Origin: Candidatus Ratteibacteria bacterium
GTDB lineage: Bacteria; Ratteibacteria; UBA8468; B48-G9; JAFGKM01
Length of the DNA stretch: 25,784 bases
NCBI GenBank assembly: GCA_028697565.1
Contig: JAQVEU010000002.1
Location: 1-25,784, forward strand
Reading direction: 5' to 3'
The notes beneath the pieces were generated by a model. It saw only the letters and a list, made by a program, of their open reading frames with translations, was not told the DNA's origin and did no database searches. Both the position numbers and the translations under genes were made by a program. The stretch's first letter is position 1, and each line of letters starts with the position of its first letter. Below are positions 1 through 8,034 of this stretch, in pieces.

Positions 1-1
1 G

Positions 2-196
2 GTTTCAGGTGGTGGGCCATCAGGTCAGGTGGATGCTGTAAAGTTAGGAATTTCCAGGGCAATTGCCAAGTATAACCCTTCTCTAACTTCAAAGTTAAGG
101 GAGTATGGACTGCTTACAAGAGACCCGAGAATGAAGGAAAGGAAGAAGTACGGGCAGAAGGGTGCGAGAAAGAGGTTCCAGTGGACAAAGAGATAA
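2..196 (+). CDS. rpsI: 30S ribosomal protein S9, 3' part (5' end outside window)
   Basis: Manual translation of frame 2 gives [20 protein letters not shown]...[28 protein letters not shown], containing the GGG-x-x-GQ and TRDPR-x-KERKKYG-x-x-GAR motifs of uS9. Stop TAA at 194-196. Not in the supplied ORF track. Confidence 0.97.
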   Translation, partial: VSGGGPSGQVDAVKLGISRAIAKYNPSLTSKLREYGLLTRDPRMKERKKYGQKGARKRFQWTKR

Positions 197-241
197 TGTA
201 GATAATCAGTTAACTATGTTGCCTGTGAAGTATAGAGTAGC

Positions 242-358
242 AAGTAGCGAGATATAAAGAAATCCCCAATATCCTCTTTATTAAAGGTTCTCCCCTTTGG
301 AAAAGGGGAGAAAGGGGAGGGAGAAGGGATTTATCTATCTACTTACTACTCGCTACTT
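242..358. repeat. Nested inverted-repeat element (REP/MITE-like), copy 1
   Basis: Outer IR AAGTAGCGAG (242-251) / CTCGCTACTT (349-358); middle IR AAATCCC (260-266) / GGGATTT (326-332); inner hairpin TTCTCCCCTT (288-297) / AAGGGGAGAA (303-312); interrupted palindrome CTTTATTAAAG (276-286). Confidence 0.8.
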
Positions 359-383
359 ATAGTATAAATGAGGTTTAATAAAT

Positions 384-1406
384 ATGTACAGGGTAGGTAT
401 ATTTGGAGTTTCCGGGTATGCGGGACAAAAACTTGTAGAACTTATTGTCTCTCATCCTGAAGCAGAGATTACTGCTGGCTTTGTCGCTTCTGAAGAAGGG
501 ACACCCGAGATAACAGAGATAATGCCACGTCTGAAAGGACTTATCCGTTTAAGGTGTAAAAATAGCCCCGACTGGAAAGACATAGAGAAAAACTGTGATG
601 TTGTGTTTCTTGCACTTCCTCATTCTGTCTCAATGAAATTTGTCCCACCACTTGTAGAGATGGGGAAAAAAATTATAGACCTCAGTGCTGACTTCAGGTT
701 TGATGACATCAAGACATATGAACGGTGGTATGTGAAGCATACCTGCCCCCAGTTAAACAGTAGATTTGTATATGGCCTTCCCGAACTAAATAGAGAAGAG
801 ATAAAGAATACGGACTTTGTTGCCAACCCCGGGTGTTATCCTACATCGGTAATATTGGCACTTTATCCTCTTGTAAAAAACAACCTTATAGATAAGAAGG
901 TATTTGTAGACTCAAAAAGTGGTGTGACAGGTGCGGGTAGAGCTCTCTCTTTTGGTAACCTTTTTGTTGAGTGTAATGAAAATATAAAGGCATACAAGAT
1001 AGGGGAGCACAGACACTCTCCTGAGATGGAAGAAGTAATAAACAGGATAGGTGGGGGGACAGGGTATTCTATAGTATTTGTTCCACACCTTGTTCCCTAT
1101 AATCAGGGAATACTCTCTACCTGTTATGTAATGCTTACAAGTGAAATGGCAGAAGAGAAGATACAGGAGATTTATGAAGGGATATATGAAAATGAGCCAT
1201 TTGTAAGGGTTATGGACTATGGTCTGTCTCCCTCAGTGAAAAATATCGTGAATACCAATTTCTGTGATATAGGGATTAAACTCGTAGATAACAGAACACT
1301 CGTTGTCATATCATCTATTGATAACCTTGTGAAAGGTGCAGCGGGCCAGGCAGTCCAGAATATGAACATAATGCTTGGGCTTAAAGAGACGATCCCATTC
1401 TTTTAA
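384..1406 (+). CDS. argC: N-acetyl-gamma-glutamyl-phosphate reductase
   Basis: N-terminal GVSGYAG dinucleotide-binding loop, FLALPH, IDLSADFR, YGLPE, catalytic ANPGCYPT, SGVTGAG, HRHSPEM and IDNLVKGAAGQAVQNMN. SD-like GAGG at 370-373. Confidence 0.97.
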   Translation: MYRVGIFGVSGYAGQKLVELIVSHPEAEITAGFVASEEGTPEITEIMPRLKGLIRLRCKNSPDWKDIEKNCDVVFLALPHSVSMKFVPPLVEMGKKIIDLSADFRFDDIKTYERWYVKHTCPQLNSRFVYGLPELNREEIKNTDFVANPGCYPTSVILALYPLVKNNLIDKKVFVDSKSGVTGAGRALSFGNLFVECNENIKAYKIGEHRHSPEMEEVINRIGGGTGYSIVFVPHLVPYNQGILSTCYVMLTSEMAEEKIQEIYEGIYENEPFVRVMDYGLSPSVKNIVNTNFCDIGIKLVDNRTLVVISSIDNLVKGAAGQAVQNMNIMLGLKETIPFF

Positions 1407-1436
1407 TGCCAGATTGATTTCATTATAAGCATAGTG

Positions 1437-1640
1437 TCTCTTCTGAAAGAGAGTATACTCTCTAAATTCTTCTCCCTTTGAGAGGGGGTTCCTTATATTT
1501 CCCCTTTATTAAAGGGGGATGAAAAGGGGGGATTCTAAAAATCCATCCTGACCTTCCTTTAATAAAAGAAGGAGAAACATAGTTCCTCCCCATATGAGGG
1601 ACGAGGATATAGATTTTTCCCTCAAGTCGAGGGAATAAAA
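1437..1640. repeat. Array of short hairpins, including two further degenerate copies of the AATCC...GGATT element
   Basis: TCTCTT-ctga-AAGAGA (1437-1452); perfect palindrome AGAGAGTATACTCTCT (1448-1463); CCCCTTT-att-AAAGGGG (1501-1517); GGATT-ctaaa-AATCC (1530-1544); CCTTC...GAAGG (1552-1572); TTCCCTC-aagtc-GAGGGAA (1617-1635). CTTTATTAAAGG at 1504-1515 is identical to 276-287. Confidence 0.8.
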
Positions 1641-1669
1641 ATTCTAACACTGGCGAACTCAATTGGTAT

Positions 1670-1701
1670 TGCTATAATTTTTGGATGCAAATTACTATAA
1701 T
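1670..1701 (+). promoter_or_regulatory. Candidate sigma70-type promoter: extended -10 (TGCTATAAT) plus a second TATAAT
   Basis: TGnTATAAT at 1670-1678 and TATAAT at 1696-1701, upstream of the gmhB-like ATG at 1717. No good -35 seen. Confidence 0.5.
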
Positions 1702-1716
1702 AAAGTAAAAACTAAA

Positions 1717-2280
1717 ATGAAGACAGTATTTCTTGACAGGGATGGTGTTATTTCTATATTTACACCCGATGACTATATAAAGAACTGGGGTGAGTTCAGA
1801 TTTATAGATGGTGCTATTGATGGACTGAAAAGGTTGTACAATAGTGGATACCAGATTATTATAATTTCCAATCAGGCGGGGGTGAATAAGGGACTGTTTA
1901 CATTAGACGACCTTAATGATATTACAGAGAAGATGAAGGATGTCTTAAAGAAGGAAGGCATTGAACTGGCAGGGGTCTACTACTGCACACATACTGCCGA
2001 AGAGAACTGCGGGTGCAGAAAACCAAAGCCGGGGCTGTTCTACAAGGCGATTGAAGACCTAGGGGATATAAAATTTCACAACGTATTTTTTATAGGGGAC
2101 TCAGAGATAGATGTAAAAGCAGGAAAAGAGGTAGGACTTAAAACCATACTAGTTCTATCCGGTAAAACAAGGAATGTTAAGGAAACCGAAAATTGGGAGA
2201 TAAGACCCGACTTTATTTTTAATGATTTAAATGAAGCGACCGACTTTATAATCAAAGGGGAAAAAGATGGAAAGGTATGA
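1717..2280 (+). CDS. gmhB: HAD-superfamily phosphatase, GmhB (heptose 1,7-bisphosphate phosphatase) / histidinol-phosphatase-like
   Basis: FLDRDGVI (DxD motif I), ISNQAGV, CTH-x5-CGCRKPKPG Zn/motif III and IGDSEID motif IV. Start moved from TTG 1681 to in-frame ATG 1717 (MKTVFLDRDG), the usual family N-terminus. Substrate is not provable from sequence. Confidence 0.75.
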   Translation: MKTVFLDRDGVISIFTPDDYIKNWGEFRFIDGAIDGLKRLYNSGYQIIIISNQAGVNKGLFTLDDLNDITEKMKDVLKKEGIELAGVYYCTHTAEENCGCRKPKPGLFYKAIEDLGDIKFHNVFFIGDSEIDVKAGKEVGLKTILVLSGKTRNVKETENWEIRPDFIFNDLNEATDFIIKGEKDGKV

Positions 2281-3586
2281 TGTTATAGTTGTGGGAGGGG
2301 GGCCTGCAGGTTATCCCTGCGCTATAAGATGTTCTCATGCAGGGAAGAGGACTATTCTTATTGAGGAACTTGCTCTTGGAGGGGTATGTCTTAACAGGGG
2401 ATGTATCCCGACAAAGGCACTATACGGCGTTTCTGAAGAGGCCTCTCCTTCAAGATATAGATGCATTGAGAAGAAAGTATATTTTGACTGGAGCAAGGTT
2501 TTAGATGAGGTGCTCAACGAAGTAGTTCTAAAACTAAGGACAGGTATAAGTATGCTCCTTAAAAGTTATGGGGTAGAGGTAATAAAAGGGAAGGCGAAGT
2601 TTTTGGATATAAAAACAGTTGAGGTCAACGGAAAGACATATACAGGAGATAATGTTGTAATTGCGACAGGTGCCTCCTCTTTTGTTCCTGACTGCTTCAA
2701 AAGTGATGGCAGGGTGATTGTTTCAGACCATATCTGGCAGTTCCAGAAACTTCCTGAAAGTGTTGCCATCATAGGAGGCGGATTTATTGGATGTGAGTAT
2801 GCATCTATATTAAATAAGTTTGGGGTGAAGGTAAAAATTTATGAGATGATGGATACCCTTCTTCCTGGGAAAGACAGAGAGCTCACAGATATTCTAAAAA
2901 GACAATTTGAGAAAAGAGGAATTGAGGTACATCTTAACCAAAAACTTACCGGGTGTGAGATGATTGAGGCAGAAAAGGTCTTTGTATCCGTTGGGGTGTC
3001 ACCTAATATACCGGAACTTAATGGCATCATAGCAGATAGAAAGGGAATTAACACAGATGAGCGATTGAGGACAAATATAGATGGGGTCTATGCAGTCGGA
3101 GATGTAAATGGGAAGTATCAACTTGCCTATGTTGCCACACGGGAAGGAGAGATTGCTGCGGAAAATATCTGCGGGAAAGATGAAGTTATTGACTATGGTG
3201 TTATCCCTGAGGTTATATTTACAGACCCTGAGATAGGTGTGTGTGGACTTACTGAAGAAAAGGCAAAAGAACAGGAGATTGATGTAGTTGTTGGTAAATT
3301 TCCCTATTCTGCACTTGGCCGTGCATATGCTGACAAAAAAACAGATGGGTTTTTTAAGGTGATTGCCGAAAAGGGGACGGAAAGGATAGTGGGGATTCAT
3401 ATCATAGGGAAAGGAGCCACTGAACTTGTATGTCTTTCCACCATAGCAATTTCAAATAGACTAAAGATAAATGACCTTGAGAAGATATTATACTGTCATC
3501 CGACCTTTGCAGAAGGTATTATGGAAGCCGTACATAGCCTGCACAAAGGAAGCGTGCACCTCCCACCAAAAAAGAGAGTTGTATAA
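2267..3586 (+). CDS. lpdA: Dihydrolipoamide dehydrogenase (E3)-family flavoprotein disulfide reductase
   Basis: GGGPAG FAD loop, redox disulfide GGVCLNRGCIPTK, ATG, IIGGGFIG NAD loop, YAVGDV and C-terminal HPTFAEG His-Glu pair. Overlaps the upstream gene by 14 nt. Confidence 0.88.
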   Translation: MERYDVIVVGGGPAGYPCAIRCSHAGKRTILIEELALGGVCLNRGCIPTKALYGVSEEASPSRYRCIEKKVYFDWSKVLDEVLNEVVLKLRTGISMLLKSYGVEVIKGKAKFLDIKTVEVNGKTYTGDNVVIATGASSFVPDCFKSDGRVIVSDHIWQFQKLPESVAIIGGGFIGCEYASILNKFGVKVKIYEMMDTLLPGKDRELTDILKRQFEKRGIEVHLNQKLTGCEMIEAEKVFVSVGVSPNIPELNGIIADRKGINTDERLRTNIDGVYAVGDVNGKYQLAYVATREGEIAAENICGKDEVIDYGVIPEVIFTDPEIGVCGLTEEKAKEQEIDVVVGKFPYSALGRAYADKKTDGFFKVIAEKGTERIVGIHIIGKGATELVCLSTIAISNRLKINDLEKILYCHPTFAEGIMEAVHSLHKGSVHLPPKKRVV

Positions 3587-3682
3587 AAGTACTAAAAGGT
3601 GGTAACTTTTTTATAATACTATCCCGAATGTTTGTAATTATTAGCGTCGGTTTTTATTTGTCTCTTCCTTGTTCAGAGGGTA

Positions 3683-4825
3683 TTATTGTGAAGGGAAGAG
3701 AATCTGACGGGCGACAGATAACCCTTTTTCAATGTCAATCTCACAACCCATTTCTTTAAGGCCTACACCCACGCCAGTTATTGCAGTAAGGACATCAAAC
3801 TCATCCTGCCATCCGAGGTGTGAGATTCTTATGATTTTACCTTTGAGGTGGTCCTGTCCACCTGCTATAGACATACCATACTTTGTCCTCAAAACCTTTA
3901 CCAGTTTCTCTCCGTCTATACCTTCTGGAAGGACTACTGCTGTTACTGCGTCAGAGGGAGATTCTGAAAGGAGTTTAAGTCCTGCTGCTACCATTGCCTG
4001 TCTTGTTGCCTCACCGCGGAGATGGTGTTCTTCCCATATCTTTTCAATACCGGTTGTCTTGATGATATTCAATGACTTTCTGAGACCCACCACAAGGGAC
4101 ACAGGAATGGTAAACGGGAAGTCATTTTTGGCAAGTGTCTTTTTATACTTTTTGAGATTAAAGTAATACTTTGGCAGATTTGATGTTTCTGCCTTTTTCC
4201 ATGCCTTCTCACTTACAGAGATAAATGAGAGACCTGGCGGTAGCATAAACGCTTTCTGGGAGCCAGTAACCACAACATCTATCTTCCACTCATCTGTGAG
4301 GCAGGGGATAGCACCAAGGGAACTTATTGTATCCACAACAAATAACGTGTTCTCATAATGTGATACTATCTCGCCAAGGCATTTTATATCAAAGTGTGTT
4401 CCTGTGGATGTTTCACATAGTGTTCCAAAGACCGCCTTTACACTAGAGTTCTTTTCAAGGAGGTCCTTTATCCTGTCAGTGCTCATTTTTTTGCCCCACT
4501 CAAGTTCCACAGGGATTACATCTAATTTATAGGCAAGGGCTATATCCTTGAACCTTTCTCCAAACTTTCCACCGGATATTACTATTACCCTGTCTCCTTC
4601 AGAAAGAAAATTTACCACAGATGCTTCCATTGCACCTGTCCCTGATGAGGCAATGATAAACACATCATTCTTTGTCTGGAAGACATACTTTAGGTCTTCA
4701 AACACCTCCCCTGCAATTTTAATAAACTCGTCTGTCCTGTGGTGCATAACAGGGGAAGCCATCTCTAACAGGACCTCTTCAGGAACAGAGGTTGGCCCTG
4801 GCGTAAAAAGTCGCTTCTTTAACAT
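3683..4825 (-). CDS. Class V PLP aminotransferase (alanine-glyoxylate / serine-pyruvate family)
   Basis: LFTPGPT, HHRT, SSGTGAME, ETSTG, VVDTISS and PLP lysine in GSQKAFMLPPG; AGGQ and IRISHLG at the C-terminus. SD AGGAGG upstream. Confidence 0.9.
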   Translation of the reverse strand: MLKKRLFTPGPTSVPEEVLLEMASPVMHHRTDEFIKIAGEVFEDLKYVFQTKNDVFIIASSGTGAMEASVVNFLSEGDRVIVISGGKFGERFKDIALAYKLDVIPVELEWGKKMSTDRIKDLLEKNSSVKAVFGTLCETSTGTHFDIKCLGEIVSHYENTLFVVDTISSLGAIPCLTDEWKIDVVVTGSQKAFMLPPGLSFISVSEKAWKKAETSNLPKYYFNLKKYKKTLAKNDFPFTIPVSLVVGLRKSLNIIKTTGIEKIWEEHHLRGEATRQAMVAAGLKLLSESPSDAVTAVVLPEGIDGEKLVKVLRTKYGMSIAGGQDHLKGKIIRISHLGWQDEFDVLTAITGVGVGLKEMGCEIDIEKGLSVARQILFPSQ

Positions 4826-4842
4826 AGTGTCTCCTCCTTTTG

Positions 4843-5652
4843 TTATAAAAATTTTTTGATGTAGTTGATACTGTTTTTTGCTATAACTTCTGGCCCGGGG
4901 GAAAAGTCAAACACCTCCACCGAGAGCCATCCATCATATCCTATCTCCTTCAGTGTGTCAATAATTGGTTTGTAGTCAATATCTCCTGAACCAGGTCCCC
5001 CTAAATTTTTGTCATTTATATGGAAGTGTTTAAGATGCTTTCTCCCTTCTTTTATTATCTCGGGTATCGGTTTTTGTTCATCACTCATTGCCTTTACATC
5101 CAGGTGAAGTTTAAGGTAGGGATGTGACATTTCTTCTATGATATCTATCGCCTCTGCTGCGGTATTTATAAAGTTTGTTTCTGTCCTTGCCAGTGGCTCC
5201 AGACATAAAAAAATATTTTTTTTCTCGCAATCTTTAAGAACCTTTTTTAGTACCTCTTTTACATTTTCCTTGACCTCTTCTGCTGTTTGCCCTTCCTGGA
5301 TATTTCTCTGTTTGGGTGAGCCAAATACCATAATGGAACCACCTATATTAGCGGTGAAGTATATCAGTTTAGAGAGATATTCTGCTGTTTTATGCCGTAG
5401 TTCTTTATTACTTGATGAGACAGAGAGCCCCTCAGGTTTTGTCAGTAGCCAGTGTGTTCCTATAACTGCAAGATTATATCTGCTGGAAAGTTCCCTTATT
5501 TTTTTAACAGTTTCTACTGGTATTACATCTACTGAGTCCCCGAGAGTGAATGGGGCTATCTCAATACCCTGGTAGCCCACTTCTTTCACAAAAGAGAATA
5601 TCTTTTCCAGTTCCCACCCCTGAAACATCTCATTGCATATACCTACCTTCAT
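4843..5652 (-). CDS. Sugar phosphate isomerase/epimerase (xylose-isomerase-like TIM barrel, tagatose/psicose 3-epimerase-like)
   Basis: GIEIAP, CLEPL-x4-TNFINT, LHLDV, HFHIND, PGSGDID and LSVEVF give the E/D/H/E metal-ligand pattern of the family. Confidence 0.85.
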   Translation of the reverse strand: MKVGICNEMFQGWELEKIFSFVKEVGYQGIEIAPFTLGDSVDVIPVETVKKIRELSSRYNLAVIGTHWLLTKPEGLSVSSSNKELRHKTAEYLSKLIYFTANIGGSIMVFGSPKQRNIQEGQTAEEVKENVKEVLKKVLKDCEKKNIFLCLEPLARTETNFINTAAEAIDIIEEMSHPYLKLHLDVKAMSDEQKPIPEIIKEGRKHLKHFHINDKNLGGPGSGDIDYKPIIDTLKEIGYDGWLSVEVFDFSPGPEVIAKNSINYIKKFL

Positions 5653-5654
5653 TA

Positions 5655-6749
5655 TTATCCCCTTCCTTGTTTTTTTCTCAATGACGGAGCGAGATCATCA
5701 TCATAGGGCTCGCTTTCTACTTTACCTAATGGCAACTCTTCGTTGCTTTTTGTTTCCTGTATGTGCTTTTTTGGCTCTTTTGGTATGCTTCCAATACCTG
5801 TGGCAATAAGGGTAATCTTTACCTCGTTGTCAAGAGAGGGGTCTATTGTTATTCCTAACTTTTTTGATGGTGAGGATATCCTGTTCTGAATGATGGCCAT
5901 TGCTTCCCCAAACTCTTTCAGGGTAAGGTCTTTACTCCCTGTGATGCTTATCAAGACATTTCTTGCTTCCATTATGTCATCCTTCTCTATCAGCGGGTCG
6001 TTTATCGTATCTCTGGCAGCATTTTCTATTCTGCCTTCACCCTTTCCGTAGCCAAGTCCTACTATTCCTCTTCCAGCATTTTCTACTACTGTGCATATAT
6101 CAGCAAAGTCAATATCAAGAAGTTTTGGTTTACAGATAAGGTCAGAGATGGCTGTAATAATATTCAATATACGTTCATCAATCCTGCCGAATGCATCTGC
6201 CATAGATATGTTATCCTCAACAATTTCATATAGTTTCTGATTGGGTATGTGTATAAGGGTGTCTACATTTGATTCAAGTGCAGAGATACCATTTGTCGCA
6301 AAGTTAATCCTTTTCTCTCCTTCAAAATCAAATGGAGTGGTAACGATGGCTATAACAATAGCACCACTTGAGATATTTTCCTTTGCCAATTTTGCTATTA
6401 CAGGAGAACTACCTGTCCCTGTACCACCTCCTAATCCTGCAACAAGAAAGACAATATTGGTATTTTTTAGTGCCTCTGATATCTTTTCTTTGTCTTCATT
6501 CGCTGCAAACTTACCTTTCTCAGGGTCCGTCCCTGTTCCTCTGCCATGCGTGGTCTTTTCACCTATCTGTATCTTAAGGTCTGCTTTTGCATATTTCAGA
6601 GCATTTGCGTCAGTGTTGAAAACAACAAATTTTACACCTTCTATCTTTCCATATATTCTGGAGACAATATTATTTCCAGCATTTCCCACACCTACAACCT
6701 TTACATTTATTACCCCATTACTTTCATTTTCCTCTATATATTTAGCCAT
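5655..6749 (-). CDS. ftsZ: Cell division GTPase FtsZ (divergent)
   Basis: Tubulin signature AGLGGGTGTG, NTDA, PFDFEG-x-KR, IPN, DFAD and IATG; lies directly downstream of ftsQ-ftsA. Confidence 0.95.
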   Translation of the reverse strand: MAKYIEENESNGVINVKVVGVGNAGNNIVSRIYGKIEGVKFVVFNTDANALKYAKADLKIQIGEKTTHGRGTGTDPEKGKFAANEDKEKISEALKNTNIVFLVAGLGGGTGTGSSPVIAKLAKENISSGAIVIAIVTTPFDFEGEKRINFATNGISALESNVDTLIHIPNQKLYEIVEDNISMADAFGRIDERILNIITAISDLICKPKLLDIDFADICTVVENAGRGIVGLGYGKGEGRIENAARDTINDPLIEKDDIMEARNVLISITGSKDLTLKEFGEAMAIIQNRISSPSKKLGITIDPSLDNEVKITLIATGIGSIPKEPKKHIQETKSNEELPLGKVESEPYDDDLAPSLRKKQGRG

Positions 6750-6786
6750 TTATGGTCTTCCTTTAGCCCTTTTATCCATACTACAT

Positions 6787-8034
6787 TTAGAACCATTTTT
6801 CAAATATTCTTTTTATCTTCTGTAAGGAGTCTTTCTTTTTGTGTTGTCTTACCTGTTTTGATGCCAGTATAATAAGCCCTATTCCGGTACTGAATTCTGG
6901 CTGATGGTAGGCGGGGTCTATATCCAGAATGTTCTTGGGTATCCCTATTCTGGTAGGTAGTCCAAGCACCTCTTCTGAAAATATTGTTATGTCTTTTATT
7001 TTTGCCCCTCCTCCTGTTATTACTGTGCTTGCACCTGCGAGACAGGCCTCACCAGTACGCATAATAATGGGTTTTATATATCTTGTAAAAATGTCGTTAA
7101 GTCGGTCATAGACGATGTTTGATATCTGTCCAATAGTGACATTTTTTGTAAGTTTACCGGAAGTGCTGATGATCTCAACTGTCTGTGAAAGAACAGCATT
7201 GTTATCTTTTTTAAGTAAAGGGTAGCTGGCAAATCCATAATTCTTTTTAAGTTCTTCTGCGTAGTTTAAAGGAGTATGTAAAATTTTTGAGAGGTCATTA
7301 TCTATGTTCCATCCACCAAATTTTATTGAACTTGTGGCTATAATAATACCTTCTGTAAAAAAACATATATCAGTTGTTCCTTTCCCTATATCAATAAGGA
7401 GACATCCGACCTTTTTTTCTTCTTCTGTAAGGGCTGCCTCTGCGGATGCCCATGAGTGTGGATATGTGTCTGCATCATCAACCTGTGCACCTGCGCTTTG
7501 TATACAGTTTTTGATATCCTTGTGTGGATTTGCATCTACTGTGATACTGTGGACAGACATCTCCAGTACATTTCCATGCATCCCCACAGGTTCTTTCTTT
7601 TTTATGTTCATATCATCTATCTTATAGTACTGTGGTGTGGTATAGAGTATTTTTTTGTCTGGTCCTTTTTCAGCGATTACGGCACTGTTTATCTCTCTCC
7701 TTAGAAGTTGCAGGTCATTTTCATTTATCTCTCTGCCAGCAGGTTCTATAGAGATACTTTTTGTATAATTTTCCCCTTTGAGGTGACCTCCTCCTATTCC
7801 TATGTTAACCCAGTTAATACTTTCTCCTATTTTCCCCTCAAGGTTTTTTAATACGGAATATATAGCATTAGTTGCCTCTTCCATATCCACAACCCTGCCC
7901 TTTATTATTACCTCTTCGGGAAGATTCTGGATATCGGTGGCAATAATCTCAATCCCTGTATCTTTTATAAGAGCAGAAGCTCCAAAGATTTTACTTGTTC
8001 CTATGTCAAGTGCGGTAATGATATTGTCATTCAT
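6787..8034 (-). CDS. ftsA: Cell division protein FtsA
   Basis: ALDIGTSKI, GRVVDME, PVGMHG-x-x-LE, DIG-x-GTTD, VITGGGA, RIGIP, PEFSTGIG and amphipathic C-terminus LQKIKRIFEKWF; lies between ftsQ and ftsZ. Confidence 0.95.
   Translation of the reverse strand: MNDNIITALDIGTSKIFGASALIKDTGIEIIATDIQNLPEEVIIKGRVVDMEEATNAIYSVLKNLEGKIGESINWVNIGIGGGHLKGENYTKSISIEPAGREINENDLQLLRREINSAVIAEKGPDKKILYTTPQYYKIDDMNIKKKEPVGMHGNVLEMSVHSITVDANPHKDIKNCIQSAGAQVDDADTYPHSWASAEAALTEEEKKVGCLLIDIGKGTTDICFFTEGIIIATSSIKFGGWNIDNDLSKILHTPLNYAEELKKNYGFASYPLLKKDNNAVLSQTVEIISTSGKLTKNVTIGQISNIVYDRLNDIFTRYIKPIIMRTGEACLAGASTVITGGGAKIKDITIFSEEVLGLPTRIGIPKNILDIDPAYHQPEFSTGIGLIILASKQVRQHKKKDSLQKIKRIFEKWF

Noticed and set aside
360-383. 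Possible ARG box upstream of argC
   Set aside because: AAATGAGGTTTAATAAAT matches the ArgR consensus poorly, is not paired, and is explained by the SD plus AT richness.
1462-1662. 66-aa minus-strand ORF (…PPFHPPLIKGKYKEPPLKG…)
   Set aside because: It is the translation of the hairpin repeat array (C and G runs give Pro and Gly/Lys); no SD and no recognisable domain.
3587-3682. Bidirectional terminator between lpdA and the aminotransferase
   Set aside because: Only a weak A/T stem (AAAAG…CTTTT); no GC-rich hairpin with a U-tract on either strand.
3683-4825. Class V aminotransferase plus the 19675 dehydrogenase as a SerC/SerA pair
   Set aside because: They are 15 kb apart on opposite strands, and the dehydrogenase lacks recognisable SerA features (no ACT domain, different subfamily motifs).
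6750-6779. 9-codon in-frame uORF (MDKRAKGRP*) ending immediately before the ftsZ ATG
   Set aside because: Too short to distinguish from chance, and it overlaps the ftsZ SD (AAAGGAAG). Only Ribo-seq or conservation could rescue it.
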